A stretch of 64,000 nucleotides of DNA, from the NCBI GenBank assembly GCA_964016885.1, contig OZ024743.1, positions 351,850,001-351,914,000 on the forward strand, written 5' to 3'. This DNA is from Eledone cirrhosa. Its lineage: Eukaryota. Of this stretch, positions 1 through 12,525 are shown in pieces. The notes under the pieces are model-generated. The model was not told where the DNA came from and searched no databases. It was given only the letters and a program-made list of their open reading frames with translations. Within the stretch, counting starts at the first letter, position 1; the number at the start of each line of letters is the position of its first letter. The translations under genes were made by a program, and so were the position numbers.

Positions 1-441
1 TTCTATATATATGGTAGTTGAAGTGGTGGTGGTGGCAACGATATACCCGAAGTCTAGAAATGTGAATGTCTCTTCTTCATACCGTGAACAAAGAAAATCC
101 AACTTTTTTATGGCCTAGGGCCCGCATTAGGTGAAAAACTTCATTTTTTCAGCTTTTTAGGGCTTTTTGGAGGCGTTACGTCTAGCCGATTTTCCCGAAA
201 TTTCAAGGCATTATGCACATAAAAAAAATTTATTTTCTTGGTCCCCTAGGGCATGCATTAGGTGAAAACTTGCATTTTTCCTGCTTCATTGAGGAAAATC
301 TTAAAGATTATCCAGCCATCAGAGTATTCGGTTTATTTTCTTTACATATTGTTGAGGCATGCAGTTTTTCCACGATTAGGTCTGTTGGCGGCCCGCGTTC
401 CAAAATACCTTATCCCGTGCAACGCTGGGTACCACTGCTAG
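1..441 (+). mobile_element. 3' end of a non-autonomous Helitron-like element (5' part lies outside the window)
   Basis: GC-rich subterminal hairpin ccc(g)tgcaacg(ct)ggg at 414-429, followed by CTAG (438-441) and then T. This is the canonical Helitron 3' terminus. Confidence 0.55.
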
Positions 442-457
442 TTTTTGATATTATTAG

Positions 458-930
458 TGCAGTGGATTGGCAGAATAGCTAGAGCATTTGACAAATGCTT
501 CACAGTATTTGTTCCAGCTTTTTACATTCGGAGTTCAAATCCCACCAAGGTCAACTTTGCTTTCCATCCTTTTTAGATCAATAAAATAAAATACCAGGGT
601 TTATGTAATTGACTCTCCCTTCCCCCAAATTGCTGGCCTGGTGCCTAAATTAGAGATCATTACCAACAATATTCCTTGAGCTGAAATTCTACTGAGATCA
701 ACTTTGCCTTTCATCCTTCTGGGGTCAATAAAATAAAGTACCAATCAATTACTGGGGGTGATTTAATCAATTTTTCATTCTCCCTTTGTGTCAAACTTAG
801 AAACCATTAACTTTGCCTTTCATCCTTACGGGGTCAGTAAAATAAAGTACCTAAAATAAAGTACCTAAAATAAAGTACCAGTAATGTACTGGGTAATTGC
901 TGGCCTTGTGCCAAAAAGTAGAAACAATTA
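458..930 (+). mobile_element. Cluster of 3 partial tRNA-derived SINE copies (octopus OR-type)
   Basis: Repeated motif tggcag..agag..gagttcaaat-ccc-ccaaggtcaactttgcctttcatcc..ggggtc..aataaaataaagtacca..gctggccttgtgcc, with a B-box-like GTTCAAAT. It recurs at 1560, 1789 and 8711. Confidence 0.75.
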
Positions 931-959
931 TTAATGACATCAATTTATATTTTCATCAG

Positions 960-1044
960 ATGCTGTACTGTTTGTTGACAAAAAAGGTGAACCTCTCGTA
1001 TATGATGAGCATTATGGTCATGAACCCAAACCAGGTGTTAATCG
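960..1044 (+). CDS. TBRG4: Internal exon of a FAST kinase domain-containing gene (TBRG4/FASTKD4-like): (D)AVLFVDKKGEPLVYDEHYGHEPKPGVN(R)
   Basis: tttcatcAG acceptor (958-959) and GTAAGT donor (1045). The exon is 85 nt and ends in phase 2, so CG+G joins in frame to the next exon. The peptide resembles TBRG4 DAEVLLDSDGEFLP..PPPGSKR. Confidence 0.75.
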
Positions 1045-1054
1045 GTAAGTCTAA

Positions 1055-1275
1055 CCCTTTAGCATTTACATTACTCTATATTTACTATTATATTTTCATG
1101 GTAATGGCTTTACTTCACATAATTATCTCACATAATATCGAATCTATGAGATTTTGATATTATTTATTTTGAGAACAATACTTTAAAGTTGGTATGAGGG
1201 GCCAGTTATGGCCAGTTTGAACAGAAAGAGGTGAGAGGATTCTGGCCAGATATGACAGGTTTAAATGCTAAATGG
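1055..1275. mobile_element. piggyBac-like MITE
   Basis: Terminal inverted repeats ccctttagcattta ... taaatgctaaatgg, flanked by ctaa/ttaa (TTAA-type target site). Confidence 0.55.
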
Positions 1276-1559
1276 TTAAAGTTAGCTGTCTTTGAAGTGA
1301 ATTCTGGGTGTATACAATGTACAAATGCATCTACTACTCATTACAACTGTGAGGTCTCACACAGGAAATCTATTTTTTTACATTGCAAACTACATATTTT
1401 GTGGTGTGTTTAACATTTAATTTTATTTGATCCAATTCTGCTCTGGTAAGCCTGTTATTTCACATGATATATCTTTGTGGACATTAGAGGGTTTAATTAC
1501 ATCATTGATGCTTTATGTCCCATTTGCAACAAAAATTATATCACAAGTGTTTTATTATT

Positions 1560-1980
1560 CAGTAGATTGGCAGTATCAGTAGAGCGTCAGACACCATGCT
1601 TTGCAACATAGAGTTATGGCCCTTTACGTTCTGAGTTCAAATAGCTTTACCTTTAATCCTTACTGGGTCGATAAAATAAAGCACCAGTAACGTACCGGGG
1701 TCAATTTAATTGATTTTCTCCTCACCCAAAAATTGTTGGCCTTGTGCCTAAATCAGAAACTATTATTATTATTATTATTGTTTCCAAGGGCGGTGGATTG
1801 GCAGTATCAGTAGAGGGTCAGACGCCATGCTTTGACGTATAGAGTTACGCCCCTTTCCATTCTGAGTTCAAATCCCGCCAAGGTTAACTTTGCCTTTCAT
1901 CCTTACGGGGGTCGATAAAATAAAGTACCAGTAATGCACTGGGTATTTTGCTGGCCTTGTGCCAAAAGTAGAAACAATTA
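1560..1980 (+). mobile_element. Two tandem tRNA-derived SINE copies (1560-1760, 1789-1980) with (TTA)n tails
   Basis: A-box-like ggcggtggattggcag, B-box-like ctgagttcaaatccc, and the same body as 458-930. Confidence 0.8.
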
Positions 1981-1999
1981 TTATTGTTTCCATTATTAT

Positions 2000-3930
2000 T
2001 TTTACTGCGCATCATTACTGCTTTACCGAGCACAGCTCTGCGTGCCTTGGGTATGAGCAGTGTAGTTTTTGCTGATGTTGATTCTATTGTATTGATAGTA
2101 TTTTTCGTAATATGTGTGCAGTGCCTAGTAGTGCTATCTTTTGTATGCTGTATATATTTGTAAGTTTTGGCTATGTATTAGTCTGTGTGTTTTATTTATG
2201 ATTCCTAGAGAACCTATTATTATAGATATTGTTTCTGTTTTTATTTTCCACATTTGAGTTATTTCTATCTCTAGATCTTTATATTTAGAGAGTTTCTCTA
2301 TTTCCTTGGAAGATATATTGTTGTTTGGGGGGATAGATAAATCTATTAGAAGGCATTTTTTGTCTTTGTGGTCTTTGACTATAATATCTGGTCGGCTGGC
2401 CTTGATCTGTCTGTATGTATTGGCATATCCCAGAGAATGGTTGCTTTGTCATTCTCTGGCACTTTTTCTGGTGTGTTTTTGTACCATCTTTTTTCTGTTG
2501 GTATTTCATAATGCTGGCAAAATTTCCAGTGTATGAAGGTCCCAACTCTATCATGCTTGTAAATATATTCCTTTTTGGCTAGTGCTGGGCATCTAGAGAC
2601 TATGTGGTTGATTGTTTCTTCCCTATCTCCACATATTCTATAGTTACTTATAGTGCTTTGTTTCATTATGTACTTCGATAGTTTCTGGTAGGTAGACTCT
2701 GCAATTAGAAATCCTTCCATCCCAGCTTTTAGTCCAGTGCTTCAGAGCCAGTTTTGTGTGTTTTCTTTGTCTACTTCCTTTCTACTTAACTTTTTTTGGT
2801 ATTGGAGTATTGGCCATATAAGAATTTCTCTTTAACATGGCATTCTGGATGTCAGTTTTCAATTTGAATTTTATGTCTTTCACAATTTCTATTGTTGCTT
2901 CTTTGCTTTTATTTTCCTCACAACTATCTGTTAGTCCAGTTTCTGATTTGAATTTTTTGGCTACCTTGAAGATCAAGAGCAGTTTTTTGTTTTGTTCATG
3001 TTTGGTGGCTATTTGTATTAGCTTTCCTTTGTTTTTTATTAGGTATTTTTGTAGTCCTACAGTAGTTATTTTACAGGAGTTTTCTAGTTGCATAAAGCCC
3101 CTTTCTTCCTTGTGTTCTTGGTAGGTATAATCTTTCTACGTCTGATTTTAGATGATGTATTTTAAATGCGGTCATTATTTTTCTTGTTTTTCTATCTATT
3201 TCAGATAGTTCTTTTAGTGTCCAGTTCAAAATGTTAAAGCTGTAGCTCGTTGCTGGAACTGCTAAAGTGTTGATGCCAATCACCTTATTCTTTGCATCTA
3301 GTTCAGTTTTAAGTATTAACCTAATTCTTCTGTAGTATTCTTTTCTAATCTTTTCTTCCATCTGTGTGTGTTAAATCTTATCTAGTTTGTTGATTCCTAA
3401 GTATTTGTATGTCTGAGTTGGATCTACTTCTCCTATTTCTATCATATCTAACATGATATTATTGCTTTTCACTAGTTTCCCTCTCTTCAGAGTTGCCAAA
3501 GCACATTTTTCTAATCCAAATTTCATGCCTATTTCTTTTATGAATCTGTGTACAGTTTGGAGCAGTGTTTGGATTTGATTTTCATTTGTAGCATATAGCT
3601 TTAGATTATCCATATATAGGAGATGGTTAATTTTCTCATTACCCAAGCTCAGTTCTGTTTAGTGTTTCAGATAGTGGTGTTAATGCTAGGCAGAAAAGCC
3701 ATGGTGATAGGGAGTTTCCTTGGAATATGCCTCATGATTTGGATTATTGTTTTATCTTTTGTTTGTATCAGCAGAATTGTTTGCCATTTACTCATGGCAT
3801 GTTTGATAAATGTTGTTATTTTTGCTGATACCCTATTTATGGCTAGTGTGTTGAGTATCCATGTATGGGGAACACTGTGCAATGCTTTTTCGTTATCAAT
3901 CCAAGCCATGCTGAGGTTTTTAAAAAAAAT
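2000..3930 (-). mobile_element. Decayed, 5'-truncated R4/Dong-clade non-LTR retrotransposon (RT + CCHC + restriction-like endonuclease)
   Basis: ORF fragments AWID..KA..SVPHTWI, HLLYMDNLKLYA, GMKFGLEKCA, YKYLGI, RLYLPRTQG, CGDREETINHIVSRCPALAKKEY..HD, ILWDMPIHTDR.RPD. Multiple frameshifts. The 3' end abuts (TTA)n. Confidence 0.85.
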
Positions 3931-3948
3931 TTTTTTATCATTATTATT

Positions 3949-6900
3949 GTTCAGTCTTTCAAGACGTGGTTCACTTCACTCCTGTAAGTTTGTTTTATTT
4001 TCACTGTTATTCAAGTATCCTTGTGAGCTGGTTCATTTAGCTCCACTTGAAACCCTTAGGGGCCAAATCTGTGTTTGTTTTGAAACACGCCTCTCAATTT
4101 TCTATGAAAATGAAGATGGCAGACAAAAATATTGCATCTGCTAAATGGAATGGCGAGCTGTCCATAGAGTGGAACAGTCAAAATTCTGAAAACAATAGCA
4201 GCAGCAGCGACCAAAGTTTATCTCATGAAACAAAGCGGACTTTCCAGGTCTGCCAATATTTACGACGCTGAATGCCGCCACCCCCACCACAACTACGGTA
4301 GGCGTGACCAACACCACAGATAACCCCCACCCCACCCCCTACCACCACCACTAAAACAACATAAATTAAAAACAAAATGAACACACACGACAGCAACAAC
4401 ATAAATGATAACAAGACCACCACCATCATCACAGCAACAACTGAAACAAAAAATAATAAGAACAACAACACCAACACCAGCGCAAGACCAAATATGTCTT
4501 TTGCGAAAGCGGTGAACAAGAATGAAACGATTGAGGTAAATGGCTACAGGGTCAGCCTCACTCCTCCATCAAACACCATGCAACATCAGCGGCTATGTAC
4601 AGTATCATACCATACAGTTAGCATGAAAAGACGCCGAGTGAAGCAGGCATCTGAGTCCCAGATTCAAAAGGCTTTGGGACATGTGTGCGCTCAGAGAACG
4701 ACATCATACGTGGACGAAGATATGGGACTGTGGATGTGTTCTTTGGAACCCCACAGGAATCAAGAGAGCACTCTATGGCTCCACTAAAGAGCGACGAGCT
4801 CACACTAGTCCAAAGTTAGTGTGGACAAAGGCTCATGAGAGTAAAAGTGACCTAGATACCGCCGGCCATTGAAATTCCCTGGCTGATGGTTGCCGTTCTT
4901 GCCGACATCGAAGACAACAAAAAGTCATTGAGGTCATGAAAATCAAACAAGAAAACTGGTCTGTTTCTGGAATGGACCAGAAAAACATGCAGGAGATTCC
5001 AGAGGTGATAGACCTCGATGACGGCAGCCACCTCACCATAATCGTTGAAGGTAGAAGGCCAATGTGTGTCGTTTGTGGCGATGGAACCCACCTAAAGGCC
5101 TTCTGCCCTCAGGGGATGGCTAAAGAATTAAGGCCACCTCTCCTGCCTACCCCACTGGCTCAACCAGCAGTAGCAACGGTAGCAAGACCACCACCGCTCA
5201 CCACGCCAGAAGTAACACTAGTGCCACCATCATCCACCATGCCACAACCAACAGCAACGCCTGTGGAGGACATTCCACTCCCCGACCTCTCACAACTGAA
5301 GACGGATTGTGACGAGGAGGAAAGGTAGAAAACTGTATCTGTAAAAAAAAGAAACCAGAAAAGAAAGAACCTTCTTCCTTCGCCCTCCAAAAAAATAGAG
5401 GGCGAAACAAGCAAACAAAAAAACAAGAAAGTTAAGACAGCTACGCCACCAGCAACACCAGCCACATCACCACAAACACCAACACCATCACCATCATCAA
5501 CACCACAAAAAACACCAACAAGCGAAACAGAAACAAACCCACAACAAACGCAAACACAATAAAACGACCAAACCGAAACACACTACAGTGCATTAAACTT
5601 GAACAATAAACAATTATTACACTACATCCAACACAACACCAGCATCTCAGAAAAAGACTATACAACACCCCAAAAATTCACACCACCCACACACATACCA
5701 ATCACTCGTATCACACAGAAAACATACACAACACTAAAATTAAAATTCCCCAAGGACATCGGGGACTTCCTACAAATACTTTCCAGGAGGATTTATAAAG
5801 ACATCCTTCCGGAGGGGGCCACAAGCAGTGAGAAGAACGGAAAAACCATCCTTCTTCCACAAGAACTGAGGTAAGTGGTCTCTCTCATCTTTTTCCACTC
5901 CTTTTCAACATGACCTTACTCAGAATAGGCAGCATAAATGCATGTGGCCTGGGGTCGTCATGGAAGCAGGGCCACCTGCTCAATGACCTCAGGTCACTAA
6001 ACATAGATGTGGTGGCCATCAGCGAAACCAGAATCTCCGAAGCACGAGCCTTCGCACCGATCTTCGGCAGCAACGATGTAGACGCATCTCCCAGGTGTCC
6101 AGGCTTGAGGGAGGAGTTGCTGTGCTTTTTCGGAGAGGCTTGGATCTCACCATACGGGCCATCTTCCTGAACCCAGAAGGTAAGTTGGTGGTTCTGGACG
6201 TAACCAGCAGAGAAGGGAAAGCTTTCAGGCTAGTGGCTGTCTATGCCCCGACAGGAGCAAGGCAACCTGATTTCTTCCGGCGTCTGGAGACCTTTCTTGG
6301 AACGTCCCGCTCTTTAGTGTTAGTGGGCGACTGGAACGGGATATTAGATGCACGCTGGGACTGTGTGGGATTAGCGGATAGGGGAGGAGGGTGTAAAAGC
6401 CTCGCAAACTTGCTCAGGCATTTTCAACTGTCTGATAGGTACCGTGTGGATTTCCCGAATGTGCCAATGTGGACATGGACAAACTGCATCGGGTCATCCA
6501 GATTATATCTAGATAGGGTATTTTGTAGGGAAATAGATAGGACCAGCATAGGCTATCCATAGTTCAAGATAGTCGACTACACGAACCACAAATTCCTGAT
6601 CTGTGTGCTTGACTTAGATAGGCTTCATAGACGGACCCGGCTACTGGAAGCTAAACGCGTCATTAACAGTGCGCAAGGTCTACAGAGACCGGATTAGCGA
6701 ACTAGTTAAGCGGGTGTTGACGGGGGCCATCGTCAACAACAAATGGTGGTTTGCTCTGAAAAGAGCGATTAGAATAGAGTCCATTAGGTTTAGTAAGGCT
6801 TTAGCAATAGAGAAAAGTAGAGCAGAGGGAGAACTAGTTAGAAAATTAGACGAGGCACTTAGTAAAGGCATCGCGACTGACGTACTTGCGGTGAAATTGG

Positions 6901-8707
6901 CCTTCGACCAATTCTTCAATACCAAGCACAAAGATTGCGTTGTCAGAGCTAGAGTGCGTGCTCTCAGACACGAGGGGACGAAAGCAATTCGATGGGCTCG
7001 AGTGGCGGAGGTGCGTCGTGGCAACAAAGCCATGATCCGGTCTTTGGTGGACAACGAAGGGCGCATGCTACTCGATCCCTGGTTTGGATGGTCTGCCCTA
7101 CGTACATATGCCAGACTTGTTCGGAAACCTCTTGGCGGACGTCTACTGCAACTGGCAACAGAATGGGAGAAATTCCCAGCTCTGTCAGCCGAGGAGCGGT
7201 GGCGCTGCTGAGAAAGGATCCGAACAAGGAGGATAACATAGATAATTTCAGGCCCATAACTCTGCTAAACACAGAGTTCAAGATTTTGGTCAAAATGCTA
7301 GCAAAGAGGTTAGTGCTTGTCATTGGTGGTCTGGTAGGAGAGGCGCAGACATGCGCCATTCCAGATAGCTCCATCCACGACAACCTCCACCTCATGCGAT
7401 ACATCGTGGAGAGGGTAGCTAGGGAACCTGACACGAGTGGGTCCTTGATCAATTTAGATCAGTCGAAAGCTTTCGATAGGGTCGACCATCGTTATCTGGT
7501 GGCAGTCCTGAGGGCGGCTGGCTTTGGGCCCGTCTTCAGAGGCTGGATCGCTGCCATGAACAGCAGCGACATCTGCTCTGTGGTGAGAGTGAACGGTCAC
7601 CTTTCGGAACCGTTCAACATTATGCGTTCGGTCTGCCAAGGATGTCCTCCCCCCCTCGTCCCTGTTGTATGTATTGACTCTCGACCCATTACTGCACAAA
7701 CTGGAGATGTTGAGGGGGGGGGGGGGGTCGAACTGGGATGCGGAAGATCCGTGTCAGCATATGCAGACGATGTCACAGTAGCAGTGTCGAACACCAAACA
7801 CATCGAGGCTATTGGCACTACACTAAGAGAATACGAAGCGGTGACAGGACCAATGATCAACCAGGAAAAGTCGGTGGGCCTGCAGCTCGGCACCTGGACA
7901 GGCAAGTCCATGTCGTACAACAGCGTCGTCGGGCACTGGACGGACCGGTTAAATTGCTCGGGGTCTGGTTCGGTCCAGACCTTCAGACGGACAAAAACTG
8001 GGATGAGGTGACGAGCAGGGTGGCTTCTCTCACCCAGAAATGGGCAGAGAGGAAGCTATCCCTGAAAGGTCGAGCGGAGGTGGCGAATGCCTACATCGCG
8101 TCCGTCATCTACTACCGCCTACCCATCGTGCCTTGTCCTAAGCCTCGCCTGACTGTGCTGGAACATTTGTTCTTTTGCTTTTTGTCCATCGTGAGGATTG
8201 CCCCACCCTCTTCCTTTAGCCGAGAAGGGCATGGAATTTTTATCTGTCTGGTGGCCATGGCGAAAGAGATAGTGTGGTGGACGCATTTGAAAGGGCTGCA
8301 GACAAGCACTTACTTCGTCGGTGATGCCCTGATTAACTTTTTCAAATTTTATTTTAAACGGAAAATCAGGGTAGAGAGGGAAGTACTCTCTTCCCAGCAT
8401 TTTGTTGAAAGATGGGTGAGAGAGGCAAGCATGGCCCGAGTGAATACTCTGAGTATGCACCTGTAAATTGAAGATGGAAAACTGGGAGAGGGCACTTGCC
8501 CTAGTGGTCAGGGTCACCGTGGCTTTTTTAATGGGCTTTCTCCACAAATGTCCCTCGGAAGTCTCCCCACATATTAGGGAATTTTTCATTGTTTCTTTTT
8601 TGTTACATCCTCTGTTTTTGTTTTTTTACATGCAGAAATGCCCATTTGTATTGTCCTTAATGTTTTACTTTGTGTCAACCCTTGTTAATAAAGAAAGCAT
8701 TATTATT
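3949..8707 (+). mobile_element. Near full-length but decayed Tx1/L1-clade LINE (ORF1 with CCHC knuckle; ORF2 APE + RT)
   Basis: ORF1 fragment RPMCVVCGDGTHLKAFCPQ (C-x2-C-x4-H-x4-C). ORF2 from 5910: SINACGL..SET, VYAP, LVGDWN, LDRV, NFRPITLLNTEFKIL, LDQSKAFDRVDH, YADD, LSLKGRAEVAN. AATAAA near 8687. CATTATTATT occurs at both ends (3939, 8698). Confidence 0.85.
5910..8466 (+). pseudogene. Tx1-like ORF2 (endonuclease/reverse transcriptase), frameshifted and internally deleted
   Basis: Successive ORF-track fragments 5910-6170, 6095-6562, 6669-7211, 6992-8011 and 7738-8466 carry APE then RT motifs in order. Confidence 0.85.
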
Positions 8708-8710
8708 ATC

Positions 8711-8900
8711 AGTGGTGAATTGGCAGTATTGGTTGAGGGTCGGACGCCATGCTTTGATGCATAGAGTTACGGCCCTTGCCATTCTGAGTTCAAATCTCGT
8801 CAAGGTTAACTTTGCCTTTCATCCTTACGGGGTCGATAAAATAAAGTACCAGTAATGTACTGGGTAATTGCTGGCCTTGTGCCTAAAGTAGAAACAATTA
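8711..8900 (+). mobile_element. tRNA-derived SINE copy
   Basis: Nearly identical to 1789-1980. Confidence 0.8.
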
Positions 8901-9783
8901 TCAGTAGTAGTAGTAGTAGTAGCAGCAGCAGTAGTAGCAGCAGCAGTAAGTTAGTGGGTAGCATAATCAATAAAACACCTGATAAACTGTCTCCTGGTAT
9001 TCAATCCTTGCAATCTGAGTTCAGATCTCTCTGAGTTGACTTTGTCTTTTATCCTCTGATGTTGATAAATACTGTGGTTGATTTAAGCACCTATAATGTC
9101 CCTTAAAATATGTGACCTTGTCCCAATATAAACAAATCATTAGTAATAGTATATCATCATTATCTGTCTGCTTTCCATAATAGTATGAGTTGGATGGATT
9201 ATTATGGTTCAAATCAGTTCTTATATGGAGTTAGTTCTCAGAACCACATCTCACCCATAGATTACATTTTTGGCATGGTTTCTTCTTACAGTTCATGGAA
9301 ACAGCTAGGCTGAATAATCTACAGAACACCATCATTGTAAGATATTGGAAAATGCTTGGGCACATGTGACACATGTCCATGAAGAAACTAGTGAGAACCT
9401 TTCTTGAGTAGGAGCTGGGATAGTAAGGGTCATAGGAGGCAAAGCAAATTTGTCAAGATATTATCTGGGGAGAAGGGTGTGTAAGCAGGGTTATGATATG
9501 GTTTGTGATCATGCTGAAAAGAGATCTCTTGTCCAATGCTCTATAGTAAGCCAGAAGTGATTAACTAACTAGCAAACTGGATGCATTTTTGATAGCATTA
9601 GCACTAGTGAGGTCATGACTTTGACAAAACTAAAGAGCTCTTTCTACTCTACGTTATCTCTATTCGATTGCCAGTCACTTTACAGACACCAACCACTTTG
9701 TAGGGTGTAGAGGGAATCAATATTTGAAATGGAAATACTTTTTTAGCCCTTAATTATTTTTTCTGCAAAATTTTATCTTTTAG

Positions 9784-9898
9784 GATTGCTTTCAAAGTAT
9801 TAGACTTCCCTGATATGACCCTCTGTACAGTTAAGCCTACAGGATTGCACACAATGGCGGCAAGACACCTCATTCATTTGGATTACATATTAATACAG
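9784..9898 (+). CDS. TBRG4: Penultimate exon of the TBRG4/FASTKD4-like gene, first half of the RAP domain: (R)IAFKVLDFPDMTLCTVKPTGLHTMAARHLIHLDYILIQ
   Basis: Polypyrimidine ttttatctttTAG acceptor and GTAAAT donor at 9899. Only one open frame; 115 nt, phase 2 in and phase 0 out. Aligns with the TBRG4 RAP segment RLAFLRWEFPNF..LGRFVLARRHIVAAGFLIVD. Confidence 0.8.
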
Positions 9899-9999
9899 GT
9901 AAATATTGATTTTATATAAACTTTTTCTTATTTACATAAATAATGTTCTTTTTTCTACTTTTGTTGGTTTTTGAAATAAATTTATCAAATGTATTGATA

Positions 10000-10410
10000 G
10001 GTGCAGGCATAGCTGTATGGTTAAGTTTGCTTCTAGATCACATATTTTCAGGTTCTACTCTCACTACATGATACCTTGCATAAGTGACTTCTACTATTGC
10101 TTACGAGTACAAGCTGAAGCTGAAGCATATAGACAATATGCCCCCACACCCTCCCACTGCAAAAGCACCCAGCCCACACTGTAAAGTGGAGGTGTAGGCG
10201 CCACGGAAAAAAGCACCGAGCACTCACTGTAAATGAGGTTGGTGTTAGGAAGGGCATCCAGCTGTAAAAATCAAGCCAGAATCAGTTCCTGTATGAGCAA
10301 GGCATGGTCAGCCGACCGCACACTGCCCACAACAGGACAATCCGTCTAACCCATGCTAGCGTGGAAGAACGGACGTAAAACGGTGATGATAATGATGATG
10401 ATGATGATAT
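10000..10410 (+). mobile_element. Decayed tRNA-derived SINE head (10000-10100) followed by an RTE 3'-UTR fragment with (GAT)n tail
   Basis: 10105-10408 matches the RTE 3' UTR at 23815-24128 and the reverse complement of 12575-12880. Confidence 0.7.
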
Positions 10411-10582
10411 ATATATATATGAAAATTAGGATTGGTGCTCTGAAATAGCGATGTATACATGAATGTATGTATAGTATATCTAGCGATATACTGTATGTTT
10501 AATTAAAAACATTTAGAAGACCTTGCGTTATTATTTTAGAGTAATGACTATGTCACTTCTTTTTTCAACAAGGGAAGGGAGA

Positions 10583-10628
10583 TAAGCTGACAGAACTGTT
10601 TCACACTGTTGGTGTTCATCAGAGCTTA
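10583..10628 (-). ncRNA. Minimal type I hammerhead ribozyme
   Basis: Minus strand: taagct-CTGATGA-acac caaca gtgt-GAAA-cag tt ctg-TC-agctta. All three stems pair, with a GUC cleavage triplet. Confidence 0.85.
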
Positions 10629-10738
10629 GCACTCGTCGACCTTTGTTGAAAATTTGCTCTATATAATCAGTTCCTGATTATTACTGGAATTCTATAAGAA
10701 TCCAGGCTCTATAATTTTCAACAAAGGTCGGCGAGTGC

Positions 10739-10784
10739 TAAGCTCTGATGAACACCAACAGTATGAAACAGTTCTGTCAGCTTA
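10739..10784 (+). ncRNA. Minimal type I hammerhead ribozyme
   Basis: taagct-CTGATGA-acaccaacagtat-GAAA-cagttctg-TC-agctta. Predicted cleavage after C10778; one mismatch in stem II. Confidence 0.8.
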
Positions 10785-12199
10785 TCTCCCTTCCCTTGTT
10801 GAAAAAAGAAGTAAGTGACATAGTCACTACTCTAAAATAATAACGCAAGGTCTTCAAACGTTTTTAATTAAACATACAGTATATCGCCAGATATACTATA
10901 CATGCATTCATATATATATATATATATAAATAATGTATGTATGTATATGCATGTGTGTGTGTGCATGCATGTGTTTGTTCCACATTTGAAAATGTCAGCC
11001 AGTAACATTTGTTTATGTCCTGCATAAACAATAATCCTGGCTCAATGGTTTGACGTGCAATGATCCGTACCTTACTTGAATGAATAAAAAAAACAAGTAA
11101 ATTAAAATGTTGTTTGGCAGAAAAAAAATAGTCATATCCCATAATCCACATGGTCATTTTGTACCATTATCCCTTTTGTTAGCACATTTCTAATGGAAGA
11201 AACTGCATGATTTTCAAAGAATTTTGAAAATATTAAACATTTTTAGGATTTAATAAAATAACTTTCAGATTATTATTATTTGGTGTTTGGAACATAACAA
11301 CAAAAGTTCTAACATGGAATTGTTTTGTATCATAGAAGCATAGTTGTTTTCAGTGAGGTTAGTATCAAAATGATTAAATATTTTTTTTATCTAAGTGTAA
11401 TGAGTGAAAAATACCCATCTTTAGTAGTTTCCAAATTGTCTTTTCCTGTCCAATGGGTCATTTTCAGGTCAGCACTACAAGCTAATAAAAATACTCATAA
11501 GTTGCTCATAGCCTGTAGAAGTTACTTGCATCTTCATTATTCTACTTATTTACAGCAAACTAGACTAACTTGTTGAGAGTTAAGTGTCTTTATCTGGAAT
11601 TGTGTACAACACTATTGACAATATATGAACTAACAAGTCTTGACTAGTAGACCGATAACCTATCCACTTGGTCACCAGCAGTTTTCTTTGCTTGGAATAC
11701 TGGGGATTAATATATTCCTAGTGTAAGATGGTAGTGCTGATGCCACTACAAAAAACACCCAGTTCATTGTGTAAGGTTATCGTGCTGGTGCCACAACAAT
11801 AAACAACCAGTCCACTATAAGAAGTCATGATAAAATGCTCCCAATATACTCTGTAACACAGTCTTCATTCAATTTCTGTGTATATTGGCAATTACGATTT
11901 TATTTGATGTATCATATCCACATGCATATATACTTGCGTATAATATCAATATGCACACTTCAGATGGTTTTTCTGCTTGTATATATAATATATATTTAAA
12001 ATAGTCGAAATCAGTGTTGCAGCATAAGTACAAATTTTATTTGCTCAGGGTACAATCAAGGTGACTGGGCCCACCTCTATTTTGAGATCTCGTCAGATAT
12101 GTGAGCTTATATGTGCAAAGACACATCTAAACTATTGACAGAGGTCCTGAGATCCGTTTATATACACTTATTGGGTTTGTTGGGGTGGGGGTGGGGTAA

Positions 12200-12525
12200 A
12201 GTAGATCCCATCTTTCACATCTAGAGTAAGGAGCATATATTGCAATAGCCTGGGGTTCGAAGGCCCCCAACTCTTTAATAAGCTGCCAAGAAAATTGAGA
12301 GCTCTGCATGGTGTGGACGTGGATATTTTCAAGAAACTTCTTGAAACTTTGCTATCCAAGATCCCAGATGAACTCACAGCAGGTATTGAAGGTAACCTAA
12401 GAGCAACAGTAATGAACTCTCTTCTACATCAATAGCCAGCCAATGCAGGCTGGTTATAGAAAGTGAAGCAACAAGGGCGTGCCCAAGCATGACCTCAGCC
12501 GGATAGCTGGAATAGGTAAAAGAAT
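12200..12525 (+). mobile_element. 3' fragment of a CR1-like LINE
   Basis: Homologous to 28905-29230 (YCNSLGF.GPQLFNKLP..; 3' end ggcg.tgccc.agcat..cctcagccggat.gctggaa). Confidence 0.75.

Larger units (their letters stand above)
10453..10915. repeat. ~200-bp-arm inverted repeat (10453-10654 / 10713-10915); Penelope-type inverted pseudo-LTR
   Basis: The arms are near-perfect reverse complements. Each contains a hammerhead, and the repeat is embedded in (TA)n. Confidence 0.85.

Noticed and set aside
897-1157. 86-aa ORF as a standalone gene (also the upstream part of 24306-24506)
   Set aside because: It overlaps the real exon in another frame and includes SINE/MITE sequence. For 24306, only the part after the 24413 acceptor is homologous to RAP.
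4223-5668. Hydrophobic membrane-protein-like ORFs on the minus strand
   Set aside because: Antisense of the C/A-rich low-complexity Tx1 ORF1.
11990-12160. Possible hammerhead on the minus strand (CTGACGA near 12096)
   Set aside because: I found no correctly placed GAAA, stem III or closing stem I.
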